Shown here one piece after another: positions 1-18,470 of a stretch of DNA of 64,000 nucleotides. The notes beneath the pieces are model-generated. The model was not told the origin of the DNA. It searched no databases and was given only the letters and a program-made list of their open reading frames with translations. The stretch's first letter is position 1. The number at the start of each line of letters is the position of its first letter. Source of the stretch: Dictyostelium discoideum (taxonomy: Eukaryota). The translations under genes were made by a program, and so were the position numbers. Location of the stretch: NCBI GenBank assembly GCA_000004695.1, contig CM000152.2, positions 4,192,001 through 4,256,000 on the forward strand, in the 5' to 3' direction.

Positions 1-891
1 TCATTAACCAACAATCAAGTTGAAACCATCATCTACAGCAAAGAATTCCAACAATTCATTTTACCAGCTGGTTGGAAAGCTACCTTCTCTCGTGGTATTT
101 TCACCATTGTCGATGAAAAAGGTAATGTTAACAAAATCGATTTCGATCAACACGAAACTGGTTCATTCCTCACTGAATTAGTCTCTGTTTTCAATATTGT
201 CAAAACCATTAAAACCAATGAACACTTCAAAGCCTTGGCTGCCGATTCAATCCCAGATTTCATTTCATTCGATTTTGCCTCCATCTCAAGAGTTCGTGAA
301 TCACAAGGTGCCAACTCTGATGCCTTCAAATTTGCTTTGGCTTTAGTTGAACAAACCATTCAATCAACCATCACTCAATTATCAGGTGTCTATGGTGACC
401 GTGTTGCTTGTGAAATCGTTGCTCTCGCTCCAAAACATGCTTTCACTGAAGAACAAATCGAAAAACTCGAATCCATCGTTGGTGAACATACTCATGATAT
501 CACTGAAACCCTCCCACACATTTACGTTTTACCAGAAAGCAGTGAAAAAGTTGATGACATTTGCCAACAAATTCAATCATCTATCCCATCTGAACTCTCT
601 GCCCAATGTTTCATTCATACTCTTCCAGTTTCATTCCTTCAAGATGCTTCAGGTTCAGCACCAGCTCCAACACAAACACCAGTCCCATCAGACAGTGATT
701 CATCTGCTTCAGGTGAAAATCCAATCATTGCAACTCAAAATACCAACAGAATTGCTGCTTTCCAAATTTTCCTCTTCTTCCCAATCGTTTTTGCATTATT
801 CATTGGTGGTGGTATTTTATACATTATGAAAATCAGTTTCACTGCTCAATCTGATACTTTATTATATCGTTCATCTCAACGTCAATATTAA
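1..891 (+). CDS. 3' part of a gene whose 5' end lies outside the window. Unknown abundant-type type-I membrane protein: Ser/Thr/Pro-rich stalk, single C-terminal TM helix, short basic tail.
   Basis: Frame 1 is open from base 1 to TAA at 889-891; the ORF-track entry 235..891 is only the part after the first in-frame ATG. Codon usage is strongly biased (ttc, acc, ggt, tct, caa) and GC-richer than the surrounding DNA, which is the pattern of highly expressed Dictyostelium genes. The hydrophobic segment IAAFQIFLFFPIVFALFIGGGILYIM is followed by KISFTAQSDTLLYRSSQRQY-stop. Confidence 0.6.
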   Translation, partial: SLTNNQVETIIYSKEFQQFILPAGWKATFSRGIFTIVDEKGNVNKIDFDQHETGSFLTELVSVFNIVKTIKTNEHFKALAADSIPDFISFDFASISRVRESQGANSDAFKFALALVEQTIQSTITQLSGVYGDRVACEIVALAPKHAFTEEQIEKLESIVGEHTHDITETLPHIYVLPESSEKVDDICQQIQSSIPSELSAQCFIHTLPVSFLQDASGSAPAPTQTPVPSDSDSSASGENPIIATQNTNRIAAFQIFLFFPIVFALFIGGGILYIMKISFTAQSDTLLYRSSQRQY

Positions 892-1115
892 ATTTCTTAA
901 ATAAAATAAAATTAAATTAAAATAAAATTTCAAAAACAAACATGTAAAAATAAAAAAAAAAAAGTATTCGTTTTTTCATTTTTAATTTTTATTTAATTTT
1001 TTTTATTTTTTATTTTTTTTTTTTCGTTTTTCTTTTTATTTTTAAACTTTTTATCAAAATTAATTTTTTTTTTTTTTTTGTTCTAAAAAAAAAAAATATA
1101 TATATATCTATAAAA

Positions 1116-2082
1116 ATGAGAAAAACAGTAAGAAAGAATAAACAAGTTAAAAGAGAATTAGCATTATTAGAAAAAGAAAAAGAAGAGATTGAATCATTTA
1201 CTAAAGTTTCAAAAACAGTAGAAAATAAACAATCAATTAATTCAAATTGGAATGTAACAAAAGAAAAGATTAAAAATAAAAATAATGCATATCAAAAGAA
1301 AAAAGAAGCAAAGTTAAAATTAAAATCAGCAACTCCTTATACAAGTACAAAAGTAATTGAAGAAAAAAAACCACATATTAAAGATTTTAATCAATTATGT
1401 CAAGAACATAATATAATTTCACCAATTGATGATAATTTAGTTTCACCAACTCAAAAAGAAATTGATAATTTGTATGTTTTTCATTTTTAAATTTAATTTA
1501 TTTATTATTAATATTAATATTATTATTATTATTTTAAAAAGAAATGAAAGTTCAAAATTTTTTTCAATTGATTGTAAAATTATAGAGATTGAAGGTAATA
1601 AAGGTACATTGGGTAAAGTTTGTATAGCAAATCAAAATGGTCAAATAATTTATGAGAAAATAGTTAAACCAATGGATAAAATTGTAGATTTTAGAACTAA
1701 ATTCACTGGTTTAACAAGAGATAAAGTTCAAAGAGAAGGTACAGATTTTTTACAAGTTCAAAAGGAGGTTGAAAAGATTTTAAGACATAAGATTTTGGTT
1801 GGTCATGATTTAGTACATGATTTAAAGAATTTAAAATTAGCACATAAAAAGAAATTATTAAGAGATGCAACTCAATTCACTAAATTTTTTAATCCAGATA
1901 CAAATTCTGAAGATTCTTTAAAATCAATTGCAAAACGTGAATTAAATTTCTCACCTGATAATTGGGATCCAAATGGAAAGAGAGATACTATCATCAACGT
2001 TATTTTATATAAACAAAACCAAAAAGAATGGGAAGCTTTTATTAATAATAAGTTTTATGGTCAACCAATTGATAAAAATTAA
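1116..2082 (+). CDS. Two-exon gene (exon 1 1116..1471, intron 1472..1541, exon 2 1542..2082) for a Rex4/ISG20/REXO4-family DEDDh 3'-5' RNA exonuclease homologue with a Lys/Glu-rich N-terminus.
   Basis: Exon 1 is an ATG-initiated ORF with a GTATGT donor at 1472. The 70-nt A/T intron ends in AAAAAG at 1541. The phase-2 junction restores the frame: ...EIDN-L-NESSKFFSIDCKIIEIEG... Exon 2 matches the exonuclease family fold (IDCKII...VCIANQNGQIIYEKIVKP..IVDFRTKFTGL...ILVGHDLVHDLKNLKL..LRDATQF), aligned from memory to human REXO4 and yeast Rex4. The ORF-track entries 1116..1490 and 1462..2082 are the unspliced read-through versions. Confidence 0.7.
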
Positions 2083-2527
2083 AATTATAAAAAAAAAAAT
2101 AAAAAATAAAAATAAAACTAATTATAATGGTTTAAATCTGAAATTAATTTATTTTTTATCTTTTATGGAATATTTCCACCTTGTTTCACACTTTAATTTA
2201 AATTATGAAAATTAAGGTAAAACAAGCTTTAACCTTATTATTTAAAAGATTTATAGGTTTTTTTTTTTTTTTTTTTTAAATTAGATAACGCAATGTTTAG
2301 TTGTTTCTCCTTGAGATTCTAGATCTTTTAATTTTTAGTTAATTTTATAAGGCCTCTTTAGGAAAAGGGTTAATACTTTTATGTGTTCTGAAGTCTCATC
2401 TTCCCCACACTGTTGGTATGGCATGTTGTATATTTTTGGTAGTGCTTTCAGTGTGCATCTCCATAATAGGTCTCTCCCTTAATAAATTTGAGCCGAGGGA
2501 GAAGTAAAAAACAAAAAATTTCATCAT

Positions 2528-2623
2528 GGGGATGTAGCTCATATGGTAGAGCGTATGGTTTGCATAAACAGCAACGATAATCAGAGTTCCATAAGGTAAA
2601 GGGATCGATACCCTTCTTCTCCA
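2528..2623 (+). tRNA. tRNA-Ala (anticodon UGC) with a ~23-nt intron after position 37. Mature length is 73 nt; no CCA is encoded.
   Basis: GGGGATG acceptor; D arm GCTC-ATATGGTA-GAGC; anticodon stem TATGG/CCATA (2554-2558/2589-2593); loop TTTGCA + T with anticodon TGC; intron approximately 2565..2587. The T arm is AAGGG-ATCGATA-CCCTT and the 3' acceptor CTTCTCC+A. The G3:U70 alanine identity pair is present. One U6-U67 mismatch exists in the acceptor stem, so a pseudogene cannot be excluded. Confidence 0.75.
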
Positions 2624-2652
2624 AATTTTGTCTCCATCATTTAAAGATCACA

Positions 2653-2663
2653 GGTTCGACTCT
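2653..2663 (+). promoter_or_regulatory. External B-box (ex-B), a duplicated Pol III B-box consensus 30 bp downstream of the tRNA-Ala gene.
   Basis: GGTTCGACTCT matches the B-box consensus GGTTCGANTCC. A second B-box 20-50 bp downstream of the tRNA coding region is a known peculiarity of Dictyostelium tRNA genes (established knowledge). Confidence 0.55.
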
Positions 2664-2900
2664 CTGAGTTTATATCAATCTTAATGACCCTGTCCTATTC
2701 AACTTTGAATTTTTTGGTTCATACACCCTCGCTGATAACCAAATATTTATTTATATACCGAAAAAGAACTTTGGGAAAAAAACCTTTTTATAAATTTTAT
2801 AATACAAAAAAAAAAAAATAAAAATAACTAAATAAACGACTAGTATTTCTTAAAACCAAGTCTCACAAATAATTCATCTTAAACATTTTTTTTGGAGTTT

Positions 2901-7620
<4,720 letters not shown>

Positions 7621-7689
7621 ATTAATAATATTTTCTTTTTTCTTTGTTATTTTTTTTTTTTTTTTTTTTATATATTTGCCAAAGCACAT

Positions 7690-7732
<43 letters not shown>

Positions 7733-7949
7733 AAAAAAAAAAAAACCTTTATTTGAAACAATTCCAATATCGTTTCAGTTTCTTGTGAAAACAATTTTTT
7801 TTGGATTTGAAATCAGATCCTGACAAGTTTGATGGATGAAAAAAAAAAAAGAAAAAAAAAAATATGAAAAAATGGGTAAAAAAAAAAGGTGAAAAAAAAT
7901 GGGTTTTTTTTTTCCGCTAAGGAAATGATTTTTTATAAATAAATTAATT

Positions 7950-10900
7950 TTAAGCTTCATTCATTGTTTTTAATTTTTGATTTACGTTCTTCATAAAAGT
8001 TTTTTGGTTTTTCTTTCTGAAATGATGATAAATAATTGAGACAACAATGACGGCAGCAAAACCTACAGCACCAATGATAATACCAGCCAATTGAGCGGAT
8101 GATAAACCACCACCAGATTTTGAATTACAAATATTATTATTACCACCATCAGATTTAGAATTATCCAATAAAACAGAGAAATCTGGATCAATAATTGAGG
8201 AAACAGAATAATGTGGTATATCAATACCAATGAATGATTGTGATTTTGTTGGTGTTTTAATTGCACTCATTTCATTATCTAAAATTGAATTTGAAATTGA
8301 AACTATTCTATTATCAATAATACCTCTTTTTAATAATCTACCATAAAGTGAATGTTGATCAATTTGAATTTTAATATAATTTGAATCATCACCTGTACTG
8401 GTATCACCAAATTCATTAGCTGAACAAATTGAATCATCATTTGAATTAGTTTCAAGTTGTGCTGACATCACTAATTGTAATTTATTTAATGCTGAATTAA
8501 ATTTATATTTTGAAAGTTCAATTGTGTATTTAACAGATGAAGGATTCATTTTAATTGTTTGTTGAGCAAAAGTAATATTAGATTCTTTATCAAACCATTG
8601 TAATGTTACATTAACAATAGTTTGATTATTAATATCATCACCAATTGTTGTAATATATTGTTGAGTTTTTTCATTAATTTCTGTTAAAGTCCATTTTTCA
8701 AATCTATGAATTTTATAAACTGAATCATCAAATGTAATTTCTCTAATTGCAACTAAATTAATAATTGATTTAAATGTTATTAATTCATTTGAACCATTAT
8801 TATTATTACCATTATTTGGTATATCAATTGAAATAGTTGGTTCAGTAGAGTTTGGTTTTGGTTGTGGTATAATAATAACAGTGGAACTACAATCAATACC
8901 AATATATGGAGTAAAACAAATACATCCATTTGGTGTACATATTCCTTTATTTGCTCCACCACAATTGTTTTTACATAGTTGTGGTGAATTTGTTGGTAAA
9001 TTTGTATTTTCAGTAGAGGATGATGATGATAAATATGGTGGCGTTGGATCATAAAGTGCTATCCATGGTTTAATAGTATAAATATTTGAAGTTATATTTG
9101 AAGGTGATAATTTTGAAACTTTAATTGTAAAACTATTATTTGTTGGTAAAATATTTGAAATTAAAATTGCACTTGAATAAACTTTTGAAATAATTGGATT
9201 ACCATTTCTTTGTGCTTGTAAATTTTGATTATGGTATGAAAGAGTAACTGAATTTACACCTTTGAAACCTCTACCAAAAATCCATAAATTACCACCATTA
9301 CTATTAATATCTTTATGAGAAGTAATGATTGGTTTATCAATTGAATAAGTACTGATATTAATTGATGATTGGAAACCTAATAAATCTAAATCAGAACTTC
9401 TAAAACCAGAGAAATAACCATTATTATTAACTATACCATATATTGAAAGCAATGCACCATGTGGATATCCAAATGCAATTGGTAATTCAATTTCACAATA
9501 ATATTTTGAATCTTTAAGTAATTGAGATTTACACTGTAATAATTTTAAATCTCCACCAAGTATATAAACTATTGGGTTTTGATCATATTTAATACCACTA
9601 ACTGAATCACGAGTTTCAAAATTAAATGATACTGTTCTATTTAAAGAACCAACATCAATAATACCACTTGAAACTGTAAATGCTATTAACTCTGGTGTAG
9701 TTGTATCATCCCCCTCTGGTATACCACATCCTTGGAAATTAATTGATGTAACTGTCATTTCATCTAAACTTTTTATAAATGGATTGAATGAATCGAATTG
9801 ATCAGGGATTTCATCTAAACTAAATCTTGAATAACGTCCCATTGTATCATTTAAAAATACATTTGTAATAACATAACTTTGTGATTTACATGGATTTGAT
9901 GAATTAATTCTAATAGAATATTGACCAATGAATTTATCACCTAAAATTAAATCATTTGAAGATCTAATTTCAAATTCATATAATGATGAATCTATTGAAC
10001 CTCTTACAATAATTAAACCATATTCAAATCCATTATATAAATCTTCTATAGTAAAATCCCAACCAAAACTATTTACTTCAAATTCTTGAGTAATCTTTTT
10101 AAAAATTGGTCCATAATAATCCATATCTTTTTATTTTAAAAAATAAAAAATAAAAAAAAAATATATATTAGGTTGTTGTTCAATCAATTATTAATTATTA
10201 TTATTATTATTATTATTATGAATGAAAAAATACATACTTTTTGAAATTACATTTAATTGAGTTGGTAATAAATTATGATCAATTTGATAATCACCAAATG
10301 CTATACCATAAACTAAATTACCATGATAAATATTTGCATCAACATAAAAATCTGATTGGAATAAATTTAATGTTGGATTCCAAACTATTGGGAAATATTT
10401 AATATCATTTTGTAATAATGATTTCTTTTGTGTAAAGAAATTAATTGGATAATTATTTGGAACTTCATCTTGATCAAAACTAAAGTAAACTCTATTTGCA
10501 ACTGAAATATTTGAAACATCAATTTCATTAATTACAAATGAAATATTTTTTAAATATTCAATCTTATTTTCTAAATTTTATTTTATTTTAAAAATTAAAA
10601 AATTAATAAATTAATAAATTGTAAAAAATAATATTAATAATTAATATTAATGAATATATAACTTACTTGGTTTAAATGATGAAATATCAAAAGGTGGTAA
10701 TGTATCTGAATAGAAATAAGGTGTTGAAATTTCAAATTTTCTATCAGTTTGATCAATAAAATTTAAATTTCCTAATTTGGTGAAAGTATTATCAACTAAA
10801 ATTTCATATGTACCATTATAAATAGTACCAAAAACTAAACATTCAACACCACCTAATAAAGTATTGATTTCCAACACATAATCTTGAGATATAACATATT

Positions 10901-11862
10901 TAAATCCATTTTTACTTGTAAATTTAATTCTTAAAATAAACAAAGAACCTTCCAATTGTTCTAATTCTATTAATTGAAAAATTGGATTATCTGTCCAGTC
11001 ATCTAAATAATAATAATAATAATAATAAAAAATAATAAATAATAATAATAATAGTTAATAAAATAAAACAAATATCAAAAATAATAAATAAATAATAAAT
11101 AATAATATTTACTTGGAGTTTCTGAAACAATTTGTATTGGATTGGCCTCATCAATTATTAAATTTGGTGAACCTAAACCACCTGATTCTGGAGTTAATAT
11201 TTCAATTGAATAATAATAATTACTATTTTGACCAGATTTAAAGCCAAATGGAGATTTGGTTTTTACTTGATAACTACCATATAATCCAATATTCATGGTT
11301 TTAAAAGTATAATTAGCGCTGACCATATTATATCCTACTAATACAGTGCCACCTAAATTTAAATAATCATTTGTATCCATATTTTTAATTCCATTCAATT
11401 CGATCTCTATTCAATAATAATAATAAAAAATAAAAAAATAATTAGTTTTTACTTTTCCAGGATATTTAAATATATAAATATAAATACTTACCAGATAAAT
11501 AATTAAAATCAAAGGCAATACCACCTTGATTTACTAATGATGGTCCATCTTGTGATAAAAATTGAAGAGAACTACTAAATTGATAGGAATAAAGATTTGC
11601 TGGTAAATGGTAAATGTATGTTGTTGAACTTGTATTTCCATAAATTGGGAACAAATATGACATTTTGATGTTTCCAAAATTAATAGAATTTATTATCGAA
11701 CCATATGCTGATTGAAGTGGTAATAAATTTGAAACAAATGTAACTGCACTACCTAAATTTAAACCACTTATTACAACATTATTAAAATCATTTGGCCATA
11801 ATAAATAATCTGTAATTTTATCATTATTCTCTAAATAGAATTTATTATTATTATTATTTATT

Positions 11863-11894
<32 letters not shown>

Positions 11895-12240
11895 CTTACG
11901 TGTTAATAAACTATTTGAAAGGGTAAACGAATGAGAAGTTGAAGAATTTCCAATTTGAAATAAAATAATAAATGGTTGTGTAACATCTGGGGTTAAAGTA
12001 GAAATATTAACTTTGAAATAATCTGATTTTGAATCTTCTTCATTTACTACAAGTTTACAATCATAATTTGGACAAGTGAGCCCATAAAAAAAGTATTGGG
12101 CCTTTCCAATTGTGCTATTTAATCCACTAATTTTAATTAATGCTTGATAATTACCAATAAATTCTGTAGGATATACCTTTCCAACTAATGTAATATTTAT
12201 ATCTTCAATTTTAGGTTCTATATATATATATTTATTTATT

Positions 12241-12290
<50 letters not shown>

Positions 12291-12779
12291 TTTTTTTTTT
12301 TTTTTTTTTTTTTTTAGATTTAATTATTGTAAAAAATAAAAAAAAGAATAAAATAAAAATTTAGTAAATTATTAATAATAAAAATTAATAATAAATAACA
12401 TACCTAAACAAGTATATGGAAATTCCAAAATGGTTTGATTTAAATTATTATCAATTACTTTTGCAGTATCTGATCCAAATGGGAAACCGGATCCATTAGG
12501 AATTAAGGAATAGATAATAGTTGTTGAGTTTAGGACTTCGTATGGGTTTGGATAAAGTTGATTGGCATATGAAAAGATATAATCCCCACTGATCGAATCA
12601 AAATTTAAATTAAAATCTGTTACCTTGAAATAAAATGTAAATGAGCAACCAAGAAGTGAACCATATCTAATATTACCTTGTGGTGAATAATTTAATTTTT
12701 CTATGATATAACCATTTGTTTTATTCAAAACTATAAATAAAAATAAAAATAAAAATAATAAAAAAATTTTAATATTCAT
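7950..12779 (-). CDS. Giant type-I membrane glycoprotein, paralogue 2 (multi-exon), arranged in tandem with paralogue 1. Exon 1 is 12779..12404 and exon 2 approximately 12217..11902. Middle exons lie within ORFs 11466..11663, 11075..11398 and 10647..10955. The penultimate exon ends at 10238 and the final exon is 10126..7950.
   Basis: Signal peptide MNIKIFLLFLFLFLFIVLNKTNG at 12779; a GTATGT donor follows ..CLG at 12403. Exon 2 ends ..LLTR|GTAAGT (donor 11901). The penultimate exon ends ..NVISKS + a|GTATGT (donor 10237), and the intron ends in AAAAAG at 10127. The junction reads in phase into ATGGATTATTAT (MDYYGPIFKK) of ORF 7950..10124. The identical phase-1 GTATGT/AAAAAG-at intron in both paralogues supports the merged models. 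The C-terminal part (EGF module, ..ITFKSIINLVAIREITFDDSVYK.., TM AQLAGIIIGAVGFAAVI) is nearly identical to paralogue 1. Confidence 0.6.
12241..12318. repeat. Poly(dT) tract ~75 nt, with an interruption, in an intron of paralogue 2. Similar tracts of 40-60 nt lie at 7690-7745 (A), 13741-13785 (T), 18421-18470 (T), 19697-19744 (A) and 25081-25160 (T).
   Basis: Directly visible homopolymer runs. Confidence 0.85.
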
Positions 12780-13744
12780 TTTTAAATATAAATTTATTTA
12801 TCATAAATAAATAAATAAATAAACAAATAAATAAATAAATAAATAAAATAAAATAAACTAAAATAAACAATAGAAAAAAAAAAAAAAAAAATAACTAATT
12901 TATACAAAACTATATAAAAAAAAATAAAACAAACTTTTTTAAAAAAAAAAAAAAAATGCAATGAACAGAATAAAGTATGGTATACACGAACCCCTCCCCC
13001 ATTAATATCGGATATTTAAGAATATCTTCAAAAAAAAAAAAAAAAAAAACAAAGCCATTTTAATGAAATTGATATGAGGTTTGGGTTTTTTTAATAAAAA
13101 AAAAAAAAATTGGCAATCCATTGCGTTTGTTTTTGTGATTATTTTGGAATTTAAAAATAATATCTGAAGATTAAAAAAAAAGATATTTTAAAAAAAATTT
13201 TATTGAAAAAAATGTCTAAAAATTTTGATTGACAGGACGAAAAAAAAAATAAAAAAGTTGGAAAATTAAAAAAATGTTTGTGAAGGTTTTTTTAAAATAT
13301 TTTTTTTTTTTTTTATAATTTTAAAACTAAAAATTAAAAAAAAAAAAAAAATATTTTAAAAAAAAAAAAAATTCCAATTCAGATAATCACAATGATAATA
13401 GGGAATATCGAATAGAAATTTTTAAAATAGTGTTTTTTTTTTTAATTTTAAAACTAAAAATAAAATTAAAATATAAAAAAAAAAAAAAAACAACTTTCTT
13501 TTAAAAAAAATAATAAAAAAGTTACAAACACACACATTAAATTCTTACATATATCTCTCTTACTATACTATGTATCTTAATAATTCTTTTTAAATAACAA
13601 CTATAATATAGCCCATTGTTTAGCACAAGTAATAAATTTGACTATTCAATATGTATAATAATAATATATTATATATTTAGAAATATAAATATCTACATAA
13701 CACACCCAACAAATTGAAATTTTTTTTTATTTTATTTTTATTTT

Positions 13745-13786
<42 letters not shown>

Positions 13787-15202
13787 GATTGAAAATAAAC
13801 ACTTACAAGAAAAAAATGAAAAAAAAATAAAAAAATAAAAAAATAAAAAAATAATAAAAAAATAATAAAAAAATAAATTAATTACCACACCAGGTTGGAA
13901 TTAACAATGGTTTAAAATAATTTGAAACAAAAGGTCTAAATTAATTTAATAATACAAATAAAAAGAACAAACAAATCCTAATTCGAAAAAAAAAGATTTT
14001 TTGAATTAAAGACAACAGAAATAAAAATTAAATTAAAAATAAAAAAAAATAAAAAAAATATATTTTTTAAAAAAAAAATTTAAAATAAAAAAAATAAAAA
14101 ATAAAAGATAATTTTTCTGCAAAGATATCATTTTTTTTTTCTTTTTAATAAAAAAAAAGAATTTTTTTTTTTTTTTTTTTTTTTTTTTAGTTACCTTTGT
14201 TTATAAAAAAAGAAAAATCAAAAGCAATAAATAATAAATAATAATAAAAATAATATCAATATAATAATATTAAATCAACAATACATTTTTGTACTAAAAA
14301 TAATAATAATCACCTGTTTTTTTTTTTTTTTAGTATCAATTTTAATTAAAAAATCTTGATCACACCTTTATCTCAAAATTTTTTTTTTTTTCTTTTTTTT
14401 TTTCCCTAATAAAATAATATTTATTTCGCAGCACACAAACACCAGTGCAATAAAAATTTTATTCAATTTCCCTTATTAAATAAGCACACACAAACCACAC
14501 ATCAAAAAAAAAAAAAAAAAAAAAAAACTTAATTCTTTTTTTTTTTTATTTTTTTATTTTTTTTTTTTTTTTTCTTCTTTATTTTTTTTTTTTTAATTTT
14601 ACACTTAAATTTACAAACATCCACATCCACATACTCTTATAACACTAAAATACATATTCATTGACCTTTTAAATAATTATTTTTTTTAAAAAAAAATAAA
14701 AAAAATAAAAAAAGCCAATTGGAAGAAGTATAATTAAATTTTTTTTTTTTTTATTTTATTTTTATTTTTATTACTTTAGTTTTTATATTTATTTATAGAT
14801 ATTTTTATTTTTTATTTTTAAATTTCTATTTTTAAATTTCTATTTTTATTTTTATTTTTATTATTTTTAAAAAAAAAAAAAATAAAAAAACCAAATATTT
14901 AAAAAAATAAATAAATAATAAAAATAAAACCCCCCATTCAACAGTATTTGTAAATACTATCACTTCTGTTACCCCCATTCACACAAAACACACAAAAAAA
15001 AAAAAACAAAAAATAAATATAAAAATAAAAATAATAAAAAGTTAAATTAAAAAATCAAATAAAAAAAAAAAAAAAAAAAAAATAGACCAAGACCAAAAAA
15101 AAAAAAATAAAAAAAAAATAAAAAAGAAATCAATTAAAATAATATTAGTATTGTATTTATATATACATTTAATTAAACTATATTAAAACTAATATAAAAG
15201 AA

Positions 15203-16804
<1,602 letters not shown>

Positions 16805-17151
16805 TATAAAATAAAAATAAAAATAAAATAAATAATATAATAATAATACTAACGTAAAAAAAAAAAAAAAAAAAACCAGTTTTCCCAAGTTTATCAAATA
16901 TTTGTATATTACAGTTATTAATTTCTTCCAAAAGTGAAAACGATAATGGGAAATCCATTGATTTATTAAAAAAATCACACACCCAAATAGCCGAGCAAGT
17001 TAACAGTATGAATCTAGTTCGTTTTTGGTGGCTTGACTAATTCAATTTAATTACTTGAAAAAAAAAAAAAGAAATATTCATTGTATTCTTTTTATATATA
17101 ATAATAATAAAAATAAAAAAAAAAAAATAAAAAAAAAAAAAAAAAAAAAAA

Positions 17152-17200
17152 AGGTCGATTGCAACGGTTTGAAAACCGTGGTACTCATATCTATGTACAT
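17152..17200. promoter_or_regulatory. Palindromic element ACGGTTT-ga-AAACCGT followed by CTATGT..ATTTAATT. A second diverged copy lies at 17792..17830.
   Basis: caacggtttgaaaaccgtggtactcatatctatgtacatttaatt vs cagttttgaaaaccgtctatgtggattcatttaatttt. Both sit in the 1.9-kb intergenic region between the kelch gene and the Bmp-7TM receptor gene. Confidence 0.35.
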
Positions 17201-17253
17201 TTAATTAAAAATTAAGAGACAATTTTTTTTTTTTTTCTAGAATATCTTTTAAG

Positions 17254-17287
<34 letters not shown>

Positions 17288-17838
17288 GTTTTAGGAGTTT
17301 TTTTAATTGGTGGAAATTTTCAGTTTGAAATATCTTGATAAAGTTTCTGTTTTCATAAAATATCACAAGTTTTTTTCATTAAAATCAATGAGATTAAAAT
17401 AATATATTCTTTGCATTAATTAGTTTTATAATAATTAGAGTAAAACTTTTATATTTTAAAATATCTTTTTTAATATTTTTTTTTATTTTTTTTATTCTTT
17501 ATAACAAACAAATTTCAATCATAATTTAATTGGATATTCCATTAAATTAGATTTGGTGATTGATCCAAATTTTTGAAAATGAAAAAAATTCAATGAATCC
17601 CCATTACCCTCACTTCTATTTGTTGATGAAGGTTGGCCAAAAATTAAAAATGAAATAAACAATAAAGAAAAAAAAAAAAAAAAAAAAAATAATAGCTTTT
17701 ATAAAAATAAAATTATAATAACAAAAAAAAAATGGTTTAAATGATATAAAAAAAGGGCATATAATTAATAATTAAAAATTAATAATTAAAACAGTTTTGA
17801 AAACCGTCTATGTGGATTCATTTAATTTTTTTTTTAAA

Positions 17839-17870
<32 letters not shown>

Positions 17871-18415
17871 CGTATGTTTGCTTGTTCTTAATTTTTTTTA
17901 ATTTTTTTTTTTTTTTTTTTAATTTCTTTTTTTAAATTCTAATTATTGATTTTAGATTTCGTCTTTTGAAAAAAAATTTTTTTATTGGACGATAAAAATA
18001 TTTTTAAAAATAGTTTTTTTTATTTTAATTTTTTTTTTTATTTTTTTTTTAAAAATTTTTTTTTTTTTTTTTTTAAAGCAAAACAACACAATAATTTCAA
18101 AAATTTCTAAAAAAAATTTTTTTTTTTTTTTTTTTTGAAAAATTTTTCATTGGTCAAAAATAAAATATCTTCTATTTTCATTGGTTTTCAAATAATTATG
18201 GCTTTTTTTAATCAACAAAACGAATGAAGCACTTTCTATCCAATCAGATCTTTTTATAATAATAATTTTGATTGATTTGAGACGATAAAAATTACCAAAA
18301 TTTGTGTAGGCACGAGTAGTTTAACTGCCTATAAAACTGTTTTTTTTTTTTTTTTTTTTCTATTTTTTTTTTATTTTCTATTTTTTTTTTTTTTTTTTAT
18401 TTTTATTTTCTTATC

Positions 18416-18470
<55 letters not shown>

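Noticed and set aside
147-359. Minus-strand 70-aa ORF
   Set aside because: It lies antisense inside the strongly codon-biased plus-strand gene 1..891 and has no features of its own.
2281-2520. TRE5-type retrotransposon end upstream of tRNA-Ala
   Set aside because: The A-rich end lies ~10 bp from the tRNA rather than the canonical ~48 bp, and I cannot match A/B/C-module sequences from memory. It is kept only as an unexplained GC-richer block in the findings.
17521-17640. Possible C/D-box snoRNA (UGAUGA at 17620-17626)
   Set aside because: There is no matching D box (CUGA) or terminal stem within 60-120 nt downstream, and no antisense guide element is recognisable. It is probably a chance hexamer.
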